In this document: positions 62,003-64,000 of the stretch, piece by piece
Position numbering within the stretch: position 1 is the stretch's first letter
Layout: each line of letters starts with the position of its first letter
Origin: a virus
Lineage: Duplodnaviria; Caudoviricetes
Reading direction: 5' to 3' (one strand)
IMG/VR virus record: IMGVR_UViG_3300037420_001238
Coordinates: 3,306-67,305 of that record
DNA length: 64,000 bases
Program-made: the position numbers and the translations under genes
The notes under the pieces: model-generated
Databases searched by the model: none
Seen by the model: the letters and a program-made list of their open reading frames with translations, nothing else
Told to the model about the DNA's origin: nothing

Positions 62003-62507
62003 CGACGACGCTGGCCTCTACCTCGTCAGCGAGGTCGTTGAGCATGTCCTTCACCAGCGTGCGGATGGTCTCCGCATCGTGCGCGGTGAGATGCGGGATC
62101 ATCGTCCGTGCCTTGCTGGGTATCGACAACGCCGCCGTCTTCACGGCAGTGGCGAATTTCGACCAGCTTTCCGACACCTCGTCGAGGGTGAGGATGTCGC
62201 CACGCATCTGGGCGAGCTTCAGTTCGGCGATCTGCCGGCTGATGCGTTCGCTCGCCACCCGTTCATCGTTGAGCGGATTGGTGCGGCCTTCCTCTCGCCC
62301 GGCCGCGGCGTTGCGGAGCTTCTCAATGTAGTTTTTGATCGACTGCCGGGTGAAATATGTCCCGTTCTTCGGCGCCTTGACCAGCACGCCTTTGGCGTCG
62401 AGATCGCCCAAAGCGCGGATCGAGATATCCAGCAGCAACGATAGATCAGGCTTTGTGCAGATGTCCGGAATCCAATTTCCGGCCACCTTCTTCGTGCTTT
62501 TGACCAT
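61968..62507 (-). CDS. terS: Terminase small subunit (Nu1-like)
   Basis: N-terminal HTH (DLS.LL.IS.R.L..L..KG), coiled coil and AELKLAQMRG. Confidence 0.88.
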   Translation of the reverse strand: MVKSTKKVAGNWIPDICTKPDLSLLLDISIRALGDLDAKGVLVKAPKNGTYFTRQSIKNYIEKLRNAAAGREEGRTNPLNDERVASERISRQIAELKLAQMRGDILTLDEVSESWSKFATAVKTAALSIPSKARTMIPHLTAHDAETIRTLVKDMLNDLADEVEASVVGGDPDHVKPDK

Positions 62508-63083
62508 TCAGGTTCCGATGACGCGAATAATCTGCCTCAAGACGCGCTGCTCAAGATCGATCGCGGCATAGCGTTCGGCCGCTGGCACATTCGGGCGGGT
62601 TGGTTTTGCGAACTCGTTGGCGAGCACCGCCATCGATAGCCGTTTCAGTGGGTAGCGCTCGCTCGACGTGCGAACGACGACCTGGCCGCCGGCAACAAAA
62701 GCGCCCGGGAACTGCCGTCGCACATTCCAGCCGGTCGCCTCCGCGCCGCGCATAGACGAGACCGACCCGCCGAATTTGCCGGGGGTCAGGTCGCGTACCC
62801 ATACCGGGTTGCCGTATTCGGCGAGCGGGATGGCAACGTCGGACGTGACGACCTTGGCCTCCATGGTGCTGCTGGCCGAAGCCTTGATCACCTTGGTATG
62901 GCCGGACACCCTGCCCTTCGGCACGCCGGTATAGGCCGAGATGCCGACCACGGACAGCCGGCGCTGCTCCTGTGCATGTTCGTTCAGGCCGATCGCGGCC
63001 GCCTGCTGGATCCGCGGATCTGACAGGCGCTTGATGAAGGCCTGAAAATCCTGGGACTGATGAAACTCGGCAGTGACCTTCAT
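62508..63083 (-). CDS. Minor tail protein Z-like
   Basis: AAIGLNE, GAFVA and RYPLK; upstream of the terminase. Confidence 0.55.
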   Translation of the reverse strand: MKVTAEFHQSQDFQAFIKRLSDPRIQQAAAIGLNEHAQEQRRLSVVGISAYTGVPKGRVSGHTKVIKASASSTMEAKVVTSDVAIPLAEYGNPVWVRDLTPGKFGGSVSSMRGAEATGWNVRRQFPGAFVAGGQVVVRTSSERYPLKRLSMAVLANEFAKPTRPNVPAAERYAAIDLEQRVLRQIIRVIGT

Positions 63084-63289
63084 GGCTTACCCGGCTTGTT
63101 CGGCTTCCCGTAAAACCATGGGCCAATCCAGCCTGGTCTATTCACCTGCAAGTCATTGCAGTATTCCAAGGATATCATGCCACAGCCACCACGCTCTTGG
63201 CTCATGCAGAAGCGCAAAGCCGTATGATGCTGCAATACTGACGGCGATTGCAGCACCATAGAAAAGCCATTCCCACCACCGTAGCCGGT

Positions 63290-63469
63290 TCATTTCACAT
63301 CCATTCCCATTGTCCTGATGGCATGATCTCTTGCAGCCATAGCGAGGGAGAACCGCTCACGCTCGGGGGCGACGGACATGGCCCACGACAGCAGCATGAA
63401 GGACAATCCGCTGCGCAGGTAGTAGACCAGCCGGGCGCGGCGGGTGTGCGGAAAGGCTGTGGCGGTCAT
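63290..63469 (-). CDS. Small hypothetical protein
   Basis: ATGA overlap with the upstream gene. Confidence 0.5.
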   Translation of the reverse strand: MTATAFPHTRRARLVYYLRSGLSFMLLSWAMSVAPERERFSLAMAARDHAIRTMGMDVK

Positions 63470-63624
63470 CGTACGAAAACAATTGCGGCGGTGAAGACGA
63501 GGATGAAAGCGAACCACCACTTCAGATAGGAGAATTCGTTGATGTCATTCTCGTCGGTGGGTAGGAAGTCTCGCTCCGTGCCCCGCGGCATGGTGATGTT
63601 GCGATCTGGGTCGTGCGGTATCAT
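63466..63624 (-). CDS. Small C-terminal-TM protein (52 aa)
   Basis: MIPHDPDRN...WWFAFILVFTAAIVFVR; ATGA overlaps on both sides. Confidence 0.6.
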   Translation of the reverse strand: MIPHDPDRNITMPRGTERDFLPTDENDINEFSYLKWWFAFILVFTAAIVFVR

Positions 63625-63911
63625 GTTGCTTTCACTACCGTTCCGACGACGTTGCCGTTCTGGTCGCGGACCTGATCTCCAACGACCGTGACAAGGATCG
63701 GCTGCGGCATCCCATCGGTCATATACCGCACCATCGCCTCTGCCTGAGTGGCGTCGAACAGATTCGTGCCAGATGGCTCATGCTTCATTGGATACTGCGT
63801 ATGCTCGTTGAACGTCCGCTTGAAGCTGATACCGCCATCGGGATTGAAGTTCTCCGGCAGCCTCCAAGTCAGAAAGCGATTTACCATGTGCTTGATTTGG
63901 TCTTCGGTCAT
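63621..63911 (-). CDS. Hypothetical phage protein
   Basis: RBS AGGTGA; MVNRFLTWRLPENFNPDGGI...GTNLFDA.QAEAM. Confidence 0.75.
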   Translation of the reverse strand: MTEDQIKHMVNRFLTWRLPENFNPDGGISFKRTFNEHTQYPMKHEPSGTNLFDATQAEAMVRYMTDGMPQPILVTVVGDQVRDQNGNVVGTVVKAT

Positions 63912-64000
63912 CTGTCACCTGTTGGTGATGTTTCGATTTCTGCCCTCCGATGAGGACACAAGTCGGAACATCAGAAGCCGGGCGATCGGCCCGGCCTCCG

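Larger units (their letters stand above)
1..64000. mobile_element. Temperate myovirus-type phage genome (non-integrated form, partial), probable rhizobial host
   Basis: Terminase, portal, capsid, contractile tail, lysis, CI/Cro, integrase and attP are all present, with no host housekeeping operons. attP is intact with phage genes on both sides. Confidence 0.97.

Noticed and set aside
63090-63290. cos/packaging site or late promoter upstream of the terminase region
   Set aside because: Position is plausible and there are short inverted CAGTATT/AATACTG elements, but no recognisable cosN symmetry. Read-termini data are needed.

Overview
The whole window is one temperate bacteriophage genome segment. 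It is GC-rich and probably infects a rhizobial alphaproteobacterium (inferred from an alphaproteobacterial LexA box, GcrA/GapR/CtrA-like genes and a tRNA-derived att core). Phage genes flank an intact attP, so this is the non-integrated form. From left to right: (1) a rightward accessory/early cassette (1-5640) with an Ocr-like acidic protein and a DUF853/HerA-like ATPase; (2) a leftward replication/regulation operon (5552-16991) with a late-regulator candidate, primase-helicase, three DNA methyltransferases, a degenerate CtrA-like regulator, a RuvC-like resolvase, GapR-like, GcrA-like and Cro; (3) a CI/Cro switch with visible operators; (4) a rightward recombination/nucleotide operon (YqaJ, RecT, DEDDh exonuclease, RecD-like helicase, J-domain, SSB, DUF3310, ThyX, integrase); (5) attP; (6) a LexA-boxed two-gene operon whose first gene is a catalytically dead copy of the phage's own CI C-terminal domain; (7) a long leftward late region with a lambda-like head, P2-like contractile tail, several fibre-like proteins, an inserted glycosyltransferase and a lysis cassette. 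The strongest novelty candidates are the SOS-controlled dead-CI-CTD module and the set of host cell-cycle regulator mimics. All family assignments come from motif recognition by eye; no database search was run.
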